Below are positions 18,615 to 27,160 of a DNA stretch of 64,000 nt, one piece after another (position 1 is the first letter of the stretch; each line of letters begins with the position of its first letter). The DNA is from Rhodothermaceae bacterium Tc-Br11_B2g6_7 (lineage in GTDB: Bacteria; Bacteroidota; Rhodothermia; Rhodothermales; Salinibacteraceae). The notes under the pieces are model-generated. The model was not told where the DNA came from, did no database searches, and saw only the letters and a program-made list of their open reading frames with translations. The position numbers and the translations under genes are program-made. Location of the stretch: the NCBI GenBank assembly GCA_001564055.1, contig LKNB01000011.1, positions 1,135 through 65,134 of the forward strand. The letters are read 5' to 3'.

Positions 18615-19679
18615 ATGTCAAATGCCACGCCTACGCCTATCAGTGATATCGGTGAGTTTGCCCTCATCGACCGGATGCAGAAGATCCTCGGCACCAGCGG
18701 CGATGAAGATCTTCTGCTGGGCATCGGCGACGACGCGGCGGTCTACCGGATAGACGACGAGCGTGCCCACGTCATTACCACCGACGCGCTCATCGAGACG
18801 GTCCACTTCGACCGCTCCTTCATGCCGACTATCCACCTGGGCTTCAAAGCCATCTCGGTGAATGTCAGCGACGTGCTGGCGATGAATGCGCTGCCCAAGT
18901 ACGCGACCGTGTCGCTGGGCCTGCCGAACAACATCTCGGTGGAGATGGTGGAGACGTTCTACCGGGGCGTGCGGAAGGCCTGCGAGCACTACGGGATGAC
19001 CCTCGTCGGGGGCGACACGACGGCCGCGCGGCACCTTACGGTGAACGTGACGGTGGTGGGCGAGGCCATGCAGCACGAGCTGATCTTCCGCCGGGGCGCG
19101 CGCGCTGGCGATGCCCTTTGCGTGACGGGCGATCTGGGCGGTGCCTATGCCGGGCTGAAGGTGCTGCTACGGCAGCGGGAGGCGATCAAGGAGCAGGGCG
19201 AGGCCTACGAGCCGGACATCGACGCGTATCGCTACGTGATTCAGCGGCAACTGGCGCCCAACGCTGCGATCGAGACCATCCGCGACTGGCGGGAGCGCGG
19301 CGTGCGACCGAATGCGCTCATCGACATCTCTGACGGCCTCGGCTCGGAAGTGCATCACATCTGCCGGGCGAGCCGCGTGGGCGCACGCATTTTCGCGGCC
19401 GCCCTACCCGTGGCGCTGGAGACGCGCGAGGTGGCGAACGAGTTTGAGGAAGATGTCGACCTCTTTGCGCTGTTCGGTGGCGACGACTATGAGCTGCTCT
19501 TCAGCCTCCCGCCCGACGTGCTCGAAGACCTCGACCCGCAGTCGTTTACGCAGGTGGGCGAGGTGACACCCGACGAGGACGAGGTCGTTGTGCAGACACC
19601 CACGGGCGACACCGTTGCGCTGGACGCCTCCGGGTACCAGCACTTTGGTGGCAACGGTACGAATGGAGCCGCGCGCTAA
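18615..19679 (+). CDS. thiL: thiamine-monophosphate kinase
   Basis: ISDIGEFALIDRM..., GIGDDAAV, AIRS/PurM-like fold motifs, DISDGL. ATG at 18615 chosen inside the tracked ORF. Confidence 0.9.
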   Translation: MSNATPTPISDIGEFALIDRMQKILGTSGDEDLLLGIGDDAAVYRIDDERAHVITTDALIETVHFDRSFMPTIHLGFKAISVNVSDVLAMNALPKYATVSLGLPNNISVEMVETFYRGVRKACEHYGMTLVGGDTTAARHLTVNVTVVGEAMQHELIFRRGARAGDALCVTGDLGGAYAGLKVLLRQREAIKEQGEAYEPDIDAYRYVIQRQLAPNAAIETIRDWRERGVRPNALIDISDGLGSEVHHICRASRVGARIFAAALPVALETREVANEFEEDVDLFALFGGDDYELLFSLPPDVLEDLDPQSFTQVGEVTPDEDEVVVQTPTGDTVALDASGYQHFGGNGTNGAAR

Positions 19680-19779
19680 CTTCTGGATGTGTAGGTCTGG
19701 TACGCCGCAACACGGGGCGGAAATAAGACGTAAACGCGATTGCTAACCACTCGTCACGTCACTCCTGCCCCGTGCTGTT

Positions 19780-20802
19780 ATGTGGTTTGTCCACGCGTTG
19801 AACGCCGCCCTGCTTGGGCTTCTCATCTGGCTGGCCGTACAGTTTCCGGAATCCGAGATGGCCTTCTGGCTGGCTATCGCCGGGCCTATCACAGCGCTGG
19901 GCTTTTACGCGTCGACGCGGTGGAAAGGGTTGGGCAGCACGGTCAACATGCCCCTCATGGATGAGGTGTACAGGCTCCCGAAGGAAGAGCAGCAGGTGGT
20001 TTTTGAGCGCGTAAAACCGCTAATGTACCTCCTCACGATGACCCTCTTGCTTATGGCGAGTTGGTTCAGCTTTGCCGCGCAGGGTACGCTTGGCGCGCTG
20101 TCCCCCGAGGGAGCCGTTCTCGCGGGCGTTGTGCTGATCATGGGCATCGACCCTCTCGTACTATGGGGCTGGTACGCGTGGTTCAACCACAAGACGAGCC
20201 AGCAAATCCGCGCATACAACGCCCGGCAAGCGGCCGCGCCTGCAGAGGAGGCACCTGCCAAACGTCTGCTTGAGGTGGAGGAGCTTGGAACGGGTGATCC
20301 GCTCCCTGGCGTGCGCCCCTTATCGCCGACAGGCATGCAGGTGATTCATGCCGTAAACCTCGGGCTTGCGGTGCTGCTTGTGGGAGCAGTGGTGCTGCTG
20401 CCCGAGCAGTGGCCGGACACGTTGATCGGCGTGCTCATCGGCCTACCATGCGCCGGGCTTATGTATGCATGTACTTGGCTTGACAAGACGAGCCAGCTTT
20501 TTAATATGTACAAAAAGCCGCTTGTGTTAGCGCTACCGGCGGCAGAGCAGGAGGCGGTGTTTCAGCGCGTTGACGTGATGCTGTTTGGCTTTGCCACGCT
20601 AATTCTACTCATGGGTACGTCCGTGGCTATGCTGTCCACGGACGGGCTCGAAGTGCAAGCGGTGATGGGCCTAACCGTGCTCATGGGTGCAGGTGCGTTC
20701 GCGCATCACCGTTGGTTTACATCCTACGTGGATGAGCGACTTGCGGCGTACGAGGATCATTATGGCGTCTCTGAAGCGGCGGAAGAAACGGTAGCCTCGT
20801 AA
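19780..20802 (+). CDS. hypothetical polytopic membrane protein made of two homologous halves
   Basis: Residues 1 to about 165 and about 186 to 340 align. FVHALNAALLGLLIWLAVQFPE matches VIHAVNLGLAVLLVGAVVLLPE. LPKEEQQVVFERVKPLMYLL matches LPAAEQEAVFQRVDVMLFGF. Confidence 0.6.
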   Translation: MWFVHALNAALLGLLIWLAVQFPESEMAFWLAIAGPITALGFYASTRWKGLGSTVNMPLMDEVYRLPKEEQQVVFERVKPLMYLLTMTLLLMASWFSFAAQGTLGALSPEGAVLAGVVLIMGIDPLVLWGWYAWFNHKTSQQIRAYNARQAAAPAEEAPAKRLLEVEELGTGDPLPGVRPLSPTGMQVIHAVNLGLAVLLVGAVVLLPEQWPDTLIGVLIGLPCAGLMYACTWLDKTSQLFNMYKKPLVLALPAAEQEAVFQRVDVMLFGFATLILLMGTSVAMLSTDGLEVQAVMGLTVLMGAGAFAHHRWFTSYVDERLAAYEDHYGVSEAAEETVAS

Positions 20803-20805
20803 CCT

Positions 20806-21945
20806 TCAACCGGTGCGCTCAAAGAAGGCGGTGATCTCATCATGCTGGGCGCGCGCGTCAGCGTAGCCGATTTCGATGAGCCGCTCCACGTACGCGGGAG
20901 CAAACGTGAGCATGCTGAGCCAGTCGGGGCGGTGGCCGTTGCGCTGGGCGAGGCGCTTTAGCACCCAGCCGACCGGGCCGTCGAACGGCAGCGGATAGTT
21001 GGAGGCTACCTGCCCGATGTCCACCGATGGGCGGAGCACCAGCGTTTGCACGGACCGCAGGTCGCCATTATTTGCTTCAGGGCGGCACTCCCGGACGAGC
21101 TGGTTGATGCGCTCCAGCGTAGCGATGTCGTGCTCCAGCACATCAAGGAAGATGGCGTTCATGATCATCCCGCCCATCTGCGCGGCGGTGGGGTAGCGCT
21201 GCTCAAAGGACGCGGCGATCTCCGCCTCTGAGCGGTTGTAGCGTGTGGAGATGACAAACAGTGCGTCGGCCCCCAGATGCAGGGCCGGCGCGAGCGGGCC
21301 CAACAGGCGGAGCCCGCCATCCCCGTACCACGCGCCGTCAATTTCTACGGCGGGAAAGAGAAGGGGCGGCGCAGCCGAGGCCATGACGTGATCAACCGTG
21401 AGATACGTTTTTCGCCCTACGCGATTCGGCCGGTCCCACGCCTGAATGTCACAGCCCTGCACCCACGTGACCGTCTGGTGGGTGGAGTAATTTGCCGTGG
21501 TGAGGGCCAGGGCGCGTACCCTGCGCCGCTCCAGATTTTCCGCAAGACCGTCAAGGCGACCGGTGGGCCCGCACAGCCGATCGACCAGATAGTCCCGCAA
21601 CGGTGCCGTGTCGAACAACGAAGGGCGGGGCCGGGGGCCGGGGTCGGACAACCCAGCAAGCTGAAGGACCGGGCGCATGTGAAACACCCGGGAGGCCGCC
21701 AGCTCGCGCCAGCAGTTCATGAGTGCATATGCGGACCGCTCAGCGGACGTGGTAGCCGTAGCCAGGTGTGCCGCATTGATGGCTCCGGCCGACACGCCCG
21801 TGTATATCGAAAAGTCTGCCGCCGGGATGTGCTCCGCAATGTAGGCCAACGCCCCTGCCTGGTAGGCTCCCCGGGCGCCGCCCCCGCTCAGCACAAGCGC
21901 ACGGGCAGGGGCATCAGCCGCAGGGCCAGTAGGCGGTAGGGGCAT
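20806..21945 (-). CDS. patatin-like phospholipase
   Basis: LVLSGGGARGAYQAG oxyanion motif. GVSAGAINAA GxSxG nucleophile. DGG near the C-terminal part. Confidence 0.85.
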   Translation of the reverse strand: MPLPPTGPAADAPARALVLSGGGARGAYQAGALAYIAEHIPAADFSIYTGVSAGAINAAHLATATTSAERSAYALMNCWRELAASRVFHMRPVLQLAGLSDPGPRPRPSLFDTAPLRDYLVDRLCGPTGRLDGLAENLERRRVRALALTTANYSTHQTVTWVQGCDIQAWDRPNRVGRKTYLTVDHVMASAAPPLLFPAVEIDGAWYGDGGLRLLGPLAPALHLGADALFVISTRYNRSEAEIAASFEQRYPTAAQMGGMIMNAIFLDVLEHDIATLERINQLVRECRPEANNGDLRSVQTLVLRPSVDIGQVASNYPLPFDGPVGWVLKRLAQRNGHRPDWLSMLTFAPAYVERLIEIGYADARAQHDEITAFFERTG

Positions 21946-21969
21946 GCAAGGGGCGTGGTTGTGGGGAGG

Positions 21970-23325
21970 TTACGGATTTTCGGTGATCTGGAAGAGCCGC
22001 ACCTGATAAGGCGACAGCACGGCTTCCACGCTGCGGTGCTCGTCGCCCGTCAGCAGATCCTCGTAGGCAGCGCCGTGGAGGAAGCTCGGGAAGCGGATCA
22101 CGGTGTTTGCGTTCCGCACGTTCACCATCACGATGACCGTCTCATCCGGGGTCTCGCGTGAATACACCAGGGCGTCCGGTTCGCCCGGGATGAGCCAGGT
22201 GGTGGTGCCATGCACAAGGGCTTCGCTCGACTGCCGCACGTTCAGGTAATTGCGGTACCACTCCCGCAGCTCAGGGTTGGCATCCCAGTCGATGGTGTTG
22301 TCTTCAAAGAAGTCAAGGTTCTCGTTGACCCCAACTTCCTGCCCGTTGTATAGCAGCGGCACACCCGGCAGGCTCATGAGTCCCGCAGCCGCCGCCTTGG
22401 AGCCCTCAATCGAGTTAAAGAGCGTGGGCGGCGGTGCGTCGTAGGCGGTCTCATCGTGGTTCGTGATGAAGCGCAGCTTCAGGTTTGTGCCTTCATCCTC
22501 CACCAAGCCCTGTAGATCGGCTGCCGTCTCGTCTTCCTGAAAGATCTCAATCAGGTTGCGGTATGGCGCCCAGGAGTACGTCAGGTCGAAGCCTACATCG
22601 TAGAGCGCAGCCTCTTCGCCTTCTGCCAGCATCATAACATCGGGGTTCACCTCGCGGACCGACGCAATGGCGTCCGCCCAGAAGTCAGCCGGTACGAGCT
22701 CGGCCACATCGGCCCGGTAGCCGTCAATACCAAACTCCTCGACCCAGTAACGCATCACGTTTGTCATTTCCTCGCGCACCTCCGGGTTGTCGTAGTCCAG
22801 CTCGATGACGTCCGTCCAGTCTTCTTCCGGGATTACAAAATTGCCGTCTTCATCCTGCGTGTACCAGTCGGGGTTTTCTTCCGTCCAGGGGTTATCCCAG
22901 GCCGTATGGTTGGCCACCAGGTCCAGGATGATGCGCATGTCGCGCTCGTGCACTTCGTCGACCAGCGCTTGGAATTCCTCTTCGGTGCCAAAGTCTTCAT
23001 TAATGGCGTAGAAGTCACGGATGGAATAGGGGGAGCCAAACGTGCCTTTGCGCTCTTCCTCTCCAATGGGGTGGATAGGCATCAGCCAGAGCGTGTTGAT
23101 GCCGAGCTCTTGCAGCTCATCGAGCCGGGGAATCATGGCCTCGAAGGTGCCTTCCGCTGTGAAGTCGCGAACGTAGATCTCGTAGAGGGTGGCTTCCGGC
23201 ACCCATTCCGGCGTATGGTCAGGGACGGCCAGGCGGGCATCGTCGTCCGGGAGCGGCGCTTCGCATCCGACGGCGACGGCCAGCAGCAGGGCGAGGCAGA
23301 GGGAGAGACAGTGGGAGGTGCGCAT
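21970..23325 (-). CDS. GH13 alpha-amylase family lipoprotein
   Basis: Signal plus lipobox (LLAVAVGC). GH13 regions DLVANHT, GYRADVAELV, MMLAEGEE, FITNHDE. Start at ATG 23325 inside the tracked ORF. Confidence 0.9.
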   Translation of the reverse strand: MRTSHCLSLCLALLLAVAVGCEAPLPDDDARLAVPDHTPEWVPEATLYEIYVRDFTAEGTFEAMIPRLDELQELGINTLWLMPIHPIGEEERKGTFGSPYSIRDFYAINEDFGTEEEFQALVDEVHERDMRIILDLVANHTAWDNPWTEENPDWYTQDEDGNFVIPEEDWTDVIELDYDNPEVREEMTNVMRYWVEEFGIDGYRADVAELVPADFWADAIASVREVNPDVMMLAEGEEAALYDVGFDLTYSWAPYRNLIEIFQEDETAADLQGLVEDEGTNLKLRFITNHDETAYDAPPPTLFNSIEGSKAAAAGLMSLPGVPLLYNGQEVGVNENLDFFEDNTIDWDANPELREWYRNYLNVRQSSEALVHGTTTWLIPGEPDALVYSRETPDETVIVMVNVRNANTVIRFPSFLHGAAYEDLLTGDEHRSVEAVLSPYQVRLFQITENP

Positions 23326-23727
23326 GAGCGGGGTTCGTTCTGTAAATGGCAGTGTGGCCGTAAGAACGGCATTCACAGTGTGAGGCGCAAGCCGTACCTG
23401 CGCCGCGGCTACTAATCCGTCTTTCAGGGGCCTATGGGCGTCCCTGCCGCGGCCTGTTGGTCTGGAGCACCGATTGGGTTTTCGCCATCCAGCGCTTGCT
23501 ATGTGTTTTTTCCGGCCATCGAGTTACGCCAGATCGTCTTCCCCGCCATCTATCGGGTGTTACCAGTGATCCTCAGCCTTAGGGTGTTACGCTGCGGCAC
23601 GAAGAGCCGCAGCCGTGGGGCGCTGCCAGGCCTACGCCGCCTGCCGGATCGGACGCCGCGCTCGGGGCGTAGGGGTTGTGTTGCTTCATCCCGCATGTTT
23701 CCTTCACCCACACGGTCCCCGCATCCC

Positions 23728-24165
23728 ATGCACGTCCACCTTGAGCGCATCAACGACGCCGTTCAGTTCCGCGGCTCCAACGGCCGCCATGCCATCACCA
23801 TCGCCTCTTCGAAGGAGCAGGAGGGCATCAGCCCGATGGAAATGGTGGCGCTGGCCACGGGCGGCTGCAGCTCCATCGATATCCTGCTTATTCTGGAGAA
23901 GCAGCGCCAGGAGGTCGCCGACTTTCAGGTAGAGGTGGATGCCACGCGCAAGGAGGAGGGGCCGTCTTCTGAGTTTACAGCCGTGCACCTCACGTTTACC
24001 GCCGAAGGCCGAGATCTGGACCCGGATAAGGTCAAGCGCGCCATCGACCTGAGCCTCGAAAAATACTGCTCCGTCTCCAAAATGATAGAGAAGACGGCCG
24101 CCATCACCTATACCCTCGTGGTCAACGGGGACACGGTGGCCGACAAGGCTGCGGCGCCAGCGTGA
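23728..24165 (+). CDS. OsmC/Ohr family peroxiredoxin-like protein
   Basis: SPMEMVALATGGCSSIDILLIL and LEKYCSVSKMI are the two conserved Cys motifs of the OsmC family. The 98 codons upstream in the tracked ORF are Arg/Pro-rich and were rejected. Confidence 0.85.
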   Translation: MHVHLERINDAVQFRGSNGRHAITIASSKEQEGISPMEMVALATGGCSSIDILLILEKQRQEVADFQVEVDATRKEEGPSSEFTAVHLTFTAEGRDLDPDKVKRAIDLSLEKYCSVSKMIEKTAAITYTLVVNGDTVADKAAAPA

Positions 24166-24190
24166 GGCCAGTACCTGCCGCTATGTGGTG

Positions 24191-25087
24191 CTACAGCGAG
24201 AGGCTGTTAGTCCAGTACGCCTTGGCGCCAGGCCGGGAGGAAATGAGGTCTACATCAAAGAGCCAGTTTTCGAGCGCGTTGTAGTAGGCGCGCGTCATGG
24301 CGAAGTCGTGCGTGAAGCAGGGGAGCGTCGCGGCAAAGGTCTTGGGCGTAAGGGCGTCGTCGTCGGCCACCTCAGCGCGGCGGAAATAGATGTCGCGCGC
24401 GGCTTCCGGCTCCTGATGCAGAAAGTCGATGCCCCGGCGCAGCACCTGGATGAAGCGAGCAAACACCTCCCGGCGTTTCTGGAGATGGGAGGGCGTGGTC
24501 ACGAGGATGAGCTGGCAGAAGTCGGGAATGCCCCAGTCTTTGAGGGCAAAGAAGTCGGCATCCAGCCCCCGGTGCCGGGCCTCTATCACTTCAAAGTTGT
24601 AGAAGGCGAGGGTAGCTACATCGGCCTTATCCTCGGCCAGCGCATCGGTGTGGTAGAAGCTGTTGTTGACCCGCGTGAAGTCGTCCGGGTCGGCAGCGCC
24701 GCCGTCCGCCTCAATCATGGTCTTCACGATCGCCGGGCCGCCCGGGCCGGGCGCGCCGGGGTACTGAATGCGGGCGCCGGCCATGTCACGCGGACGTTCG
24801 ATATCGCGGCCACGGAGGTACATGACCCCGCCATTGGTGTGCAGAAAGCGGGCAAACCCGATCACCGACTCGCCCTTGGCCCGGTCCTCCACCAGATGTA
24901 GCGGCTCGGTGATGGCGAAGTCCAGCGTGCCATCCTCAATGGCCTCTACAGCATCCATGTGGGCTTCCGGCTCCACCACCTCCAGTTCAATATCGGCATC
25001 AGCAAACCACCCATGCTCTTGGGCGACGAGGATAGGGGCGTGGTCGGGATTCAAAAACCATTCGAGGCCAAGTCGCAAGGTATCCAT
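24191..25087 (-). CDS. NMT1/THI5-like (periplasmic-binding-protein fold) protein without a signal peptide
   Basis: Aligns without gaps to the yeast THI5 N terminus as I recall it: LGLEWFLNPDHAPILVAQEHGWF matches [23 protein letters not shown]. No N-terminal hydrophobic leader. Confidence 0.75.
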   Translation of the reverse strand: MDTLRLGLEWFLNPDHAPILVAQEHGWFADADIELEVVEPEAHMDAVEAIEDGTLDFAITEPLHLVEDRAKGESVIGFARFLHTNGGVMYLRGRDIERPRDMAGARIQYPGAPGPGGPAIVKTMIEADGGAADPDDFTRVNNSFYHTDALAEDKADVATLAFYNFEVIEARHRGLDADFFALKDWGIPDFCQLILVTTPSHLQKRREVFARFIQVLRRGIDFLHQEPEAARDIYFRRAEVADDDALTPKTFAATLPCFTHDFAMTRAYYNALENWLFDVDLISSRPGAKAYWTNSLSL

Positions 25088-25171
25088 GAGGAGGGAAGCG
25101 TATGGTGGGAAACGGGCGAGGATGAAACGAGGGCACTCGCGGATGCGGATGGTTACCGCATAGACACGGAG

Positions 25172-25204
25172 CGCAACCGGTCGTCAGCAGCACGACCGGT
25201 TGCG
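25172..25204 (-). terminator. strong hairpin between the GNAT and THI5-like genes (possible terminator or attenuator, no U-tract)
   Basis: 13-bp perfect stem CGCAACCGGTCGT / ACGACCGGTTGCG with a 7-nt loop CAGCAGC. No T-run on either strand. Confidence 0.3.
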
Positions 25205-25243
25205 ATCTACCACGGCAGCGGTGATACGTTCGCGGAAGTGCAG

Positions 25244-25732
25244 TCAGGGACTGGTTGACCGGTCAGGCAGCGCATCGGCGGTTCCGTCGGGGGCCTTGAG
25301 CATCTCCACATGCGGAATGCCGGCCTCCATAAATTCGTCGTCGTGGGTGCGGGTGTAGCCCATAGACGCGTAGAAGGCTTCGAGGTGCGCCTGGGCGTGG
25401 AGCAGGAAGGCATCGAAGCCCGCCTGATGGGCGTCCGCCTCCGTGCTGCGCACGAGCGTTCGGCCATGCCCGGCCCCGCGAAAGGTCGGCAACACCGCAA
25501 AGCGTTCCAGCTTCGCTACAATCAGGTCGTCGTGCGGCACCGCCCGCCACCGCGCTACCGCAATAGGCGCATCGTTGAGCCAGCCCAGCAGATGGCGGCT
25601 GGTGCTGTCGTGGCCGTCCCACTCCTCAGCCGGGGGGCAGTGCTGCTCGTCAATAAAGACGCGGCGCCGGATGTACCGGGCGGCCTCCCAGGTGGCGGCT
25701 GAGCGGACGGGGCGGACGTTCAGGGTTGGCAT
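25244..25732 (-). CDS. GNAT family N-acetyltransferase
   Basis: RFAVLPTFRGAGHGRTLV acetyl-CoA binding motif. 162 aa. Confidence 0.8.
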   Translation of the reverse strand: MPTLNVRPVRSAATWEAARYIRRRVFIDEQHCPPAEEWDGHDSTSRHLLGWLNDAPIAVARWRAVPHDDLIVAKLERFAVLPTFRGAGHGRTLVRSTEADAHQAGFDAFLLHAQAHLEAFYASMGYTRTHDDEFMEAGIPHVEMLKAPDGTADALPDRSTSP

Positions 25733-25778
25733 AGAGGTGGCGGAGGCGTCCGAGTCTTGCGCGGTGTTATGCGAGGCC

Positions 25779-26927
25779 TTACGGCGTCAGGGCTTCCTGG
25801 GGAATGAGCAGCCGCTCCAGGAACGCGCCGGCGCGCTCCAAACTTTCCGGAAGTGCCTCCGGGTTGTGCTGTTCCAAGGCGGTGTCGTAGGGCGGGTTGG
25901 GTTCGTAGATGAACAGCTCGTAGTCGGAGCCCGGCTCCGCAGAGCGCCCGGCGGCCTGCAGGGCGTCGTCCAGCAGGCGGGCTTCGTCCGTTGGTATCAC
26001 GGGGTCGTCGACCCCGTGGTGCACCTGGATGTCCGGGAGCCGGCTCGCAAACGCGACGGTAGAGCGGCGGGTCAGTTCGGGCCGCACGTCGTCTATCGTA
26101 AGCTCTCCCGCTTGCAGCGGCAGGATGAAGCGCTCCACGAGTACATCTACGCCCGGGAGCCCCGGCGCAAACCCCTGAAGCGCGCGCTCAATCACTTGCC
26201 GCGCAAATGGGCCGTAGAAGTCGGTGGGCCCGAAGAACGAGATGGTCTGACGGATACGCTCATCGCGGATCGCCATGAGATTGCCGACCGCAGCGCCTCG
26301 GCTAAAGCCGATCACCCCGATCCGCGTACCGTCGGCTACGCTCACATTTTCGAGTGCGGCGTTGAGCAGCGCCAGTGCGTCGTCCACATCGCCATCCCAG
26401 GGGCTGGCCTCGCCCTCAGAGGTGGACGACACCCCACCGCATCGCAGCGGCTCCGCGCGGTACGAGGGCACCACAAACATGAAGTCCTGGGCGCGCTCCC
26501 CCAGCCCCTCCAGAAACGGCAGCACCTCATTGTCGATGCTAACGCCTTGGTCGCCTCCGTGATTGTAGACGACCACCGGCAGCGGGCCCTCTGCGTCTGT
26601 GGGGGTCAGGAAGGCGCCCCGGTGCGTGTTGCCATCCACGACGTGCCGCACCAGCTCAACCGTAAACCCCAGGTCTTCGCCGGCATCACAGAAGTCGCCT
26701 CCGATGAATTGCTGCACCGACACGTCGCGGCTCTCCCAATCATCCAGTACGTCCTGCCGCTCGGCATCGGTGGGCGGCGCGAAGAGCTCGGTGACGTTAA
26801 CGCCCCCGATGGTCGCTTCGCTGGAAGAGGTGAGGTCGCAGCCAGTAAGGAGAAGGCCGGCGATCAGCAGGGGCAGGCCCAGCCGGGTGAGAAACGAGGA
26901 ACGCGCAGGGGTAAGCATGAGCAGCAA
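25779..26927 (-). CDS. alpha/beta hydrolase (S9 peptidase / dienelactone hydrolase-like) lipoprotein
   Basis: Lipobox LLLTGC. Nucleophile elbow GVIGFSRGAAVG (GxSxG). C-terminal HGVDDPVIP (catalytic Asp/His region). Confidence 0.75.
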   Translation of the reverse strand: MLLMLTPARSSFLTRLGLPLLIAGLLLTGCDLTSSSEATIGGVNVTELFAPPTDAERQDVLDDWESRDVSVQQFIGGDFCDAGEDLGFTVELVRHVVDGNTHRGAFLTPTDAEGPLPVVVYNHGGDQGVSIDNEVLPFLEGLGERAQDFMFVVPSYRAEPLRCGGVSSTSEGEASPWDGDVDDALALLNAALENVSVADGTRIGVIGFSRGAAVGNLMAIRDERIRQTISFFGPTDFYGPFARQVIERALQGFAPGLPGVDVLVERFILPLQAGELTIDDVRPELTRRSTVAFASRLPDIQVHHGVDDPVIPTDEARLLDDALQAAGRSAEPGSDYELFIYEPNPPYDTALEQHNPEALPESLERAGAFLERLLIPQEALTP

Positions 26928-27160
26928 GGTAAAGAGGCGAAAACACCAGATACGGATAGATCATCAAAGGTACCAATTCCCGCCACACAAGGCAACCGCT
27001 GGCTCAACCGTTCCTCCGACGTAGCTTTCTTGGGAAACTTGACCGCTTTCCATGACCCTTATGTAGACTAAGTCTAAATAAGGAAGTATGTTGCGGTACC
27101 GACTGACGCATCCGCGGCGGTCTTCCTTAGCGAAAAACGTATACCCATAGCATAGATCAC

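Noticed and set aside
23434-23727. 98-codon N-terminal extension of the OsmC ORF
   Set aside because: It is Arg/Pro/Ser-rich and would add an implausible leader. The OsmC family domain begins at the Met at 23728.
25088-25243. TPP riboswitch upstream of the THI5-like gene; the 26928-27160 region upstream of the TonB receptor was also checked for TPP or cobalamin riboswitches
   Set aside because: I looked on the relevant strands for the conserved CUGAGA and ACCUGAUCUGGAUAAUGCCAGCG-type TPP cores and for the B12 box and did not find them. Only generic hairpins are present. A covariance-model scan would be the proper test.
25443-27071. 542-aa plus-strand ORF spanning the GNAT and alpha/beta hydrolase genes
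   Set aside because: It lies antisense to two genes with clear catalytic motifs. The sequence is Arg-rich and low-complexity.
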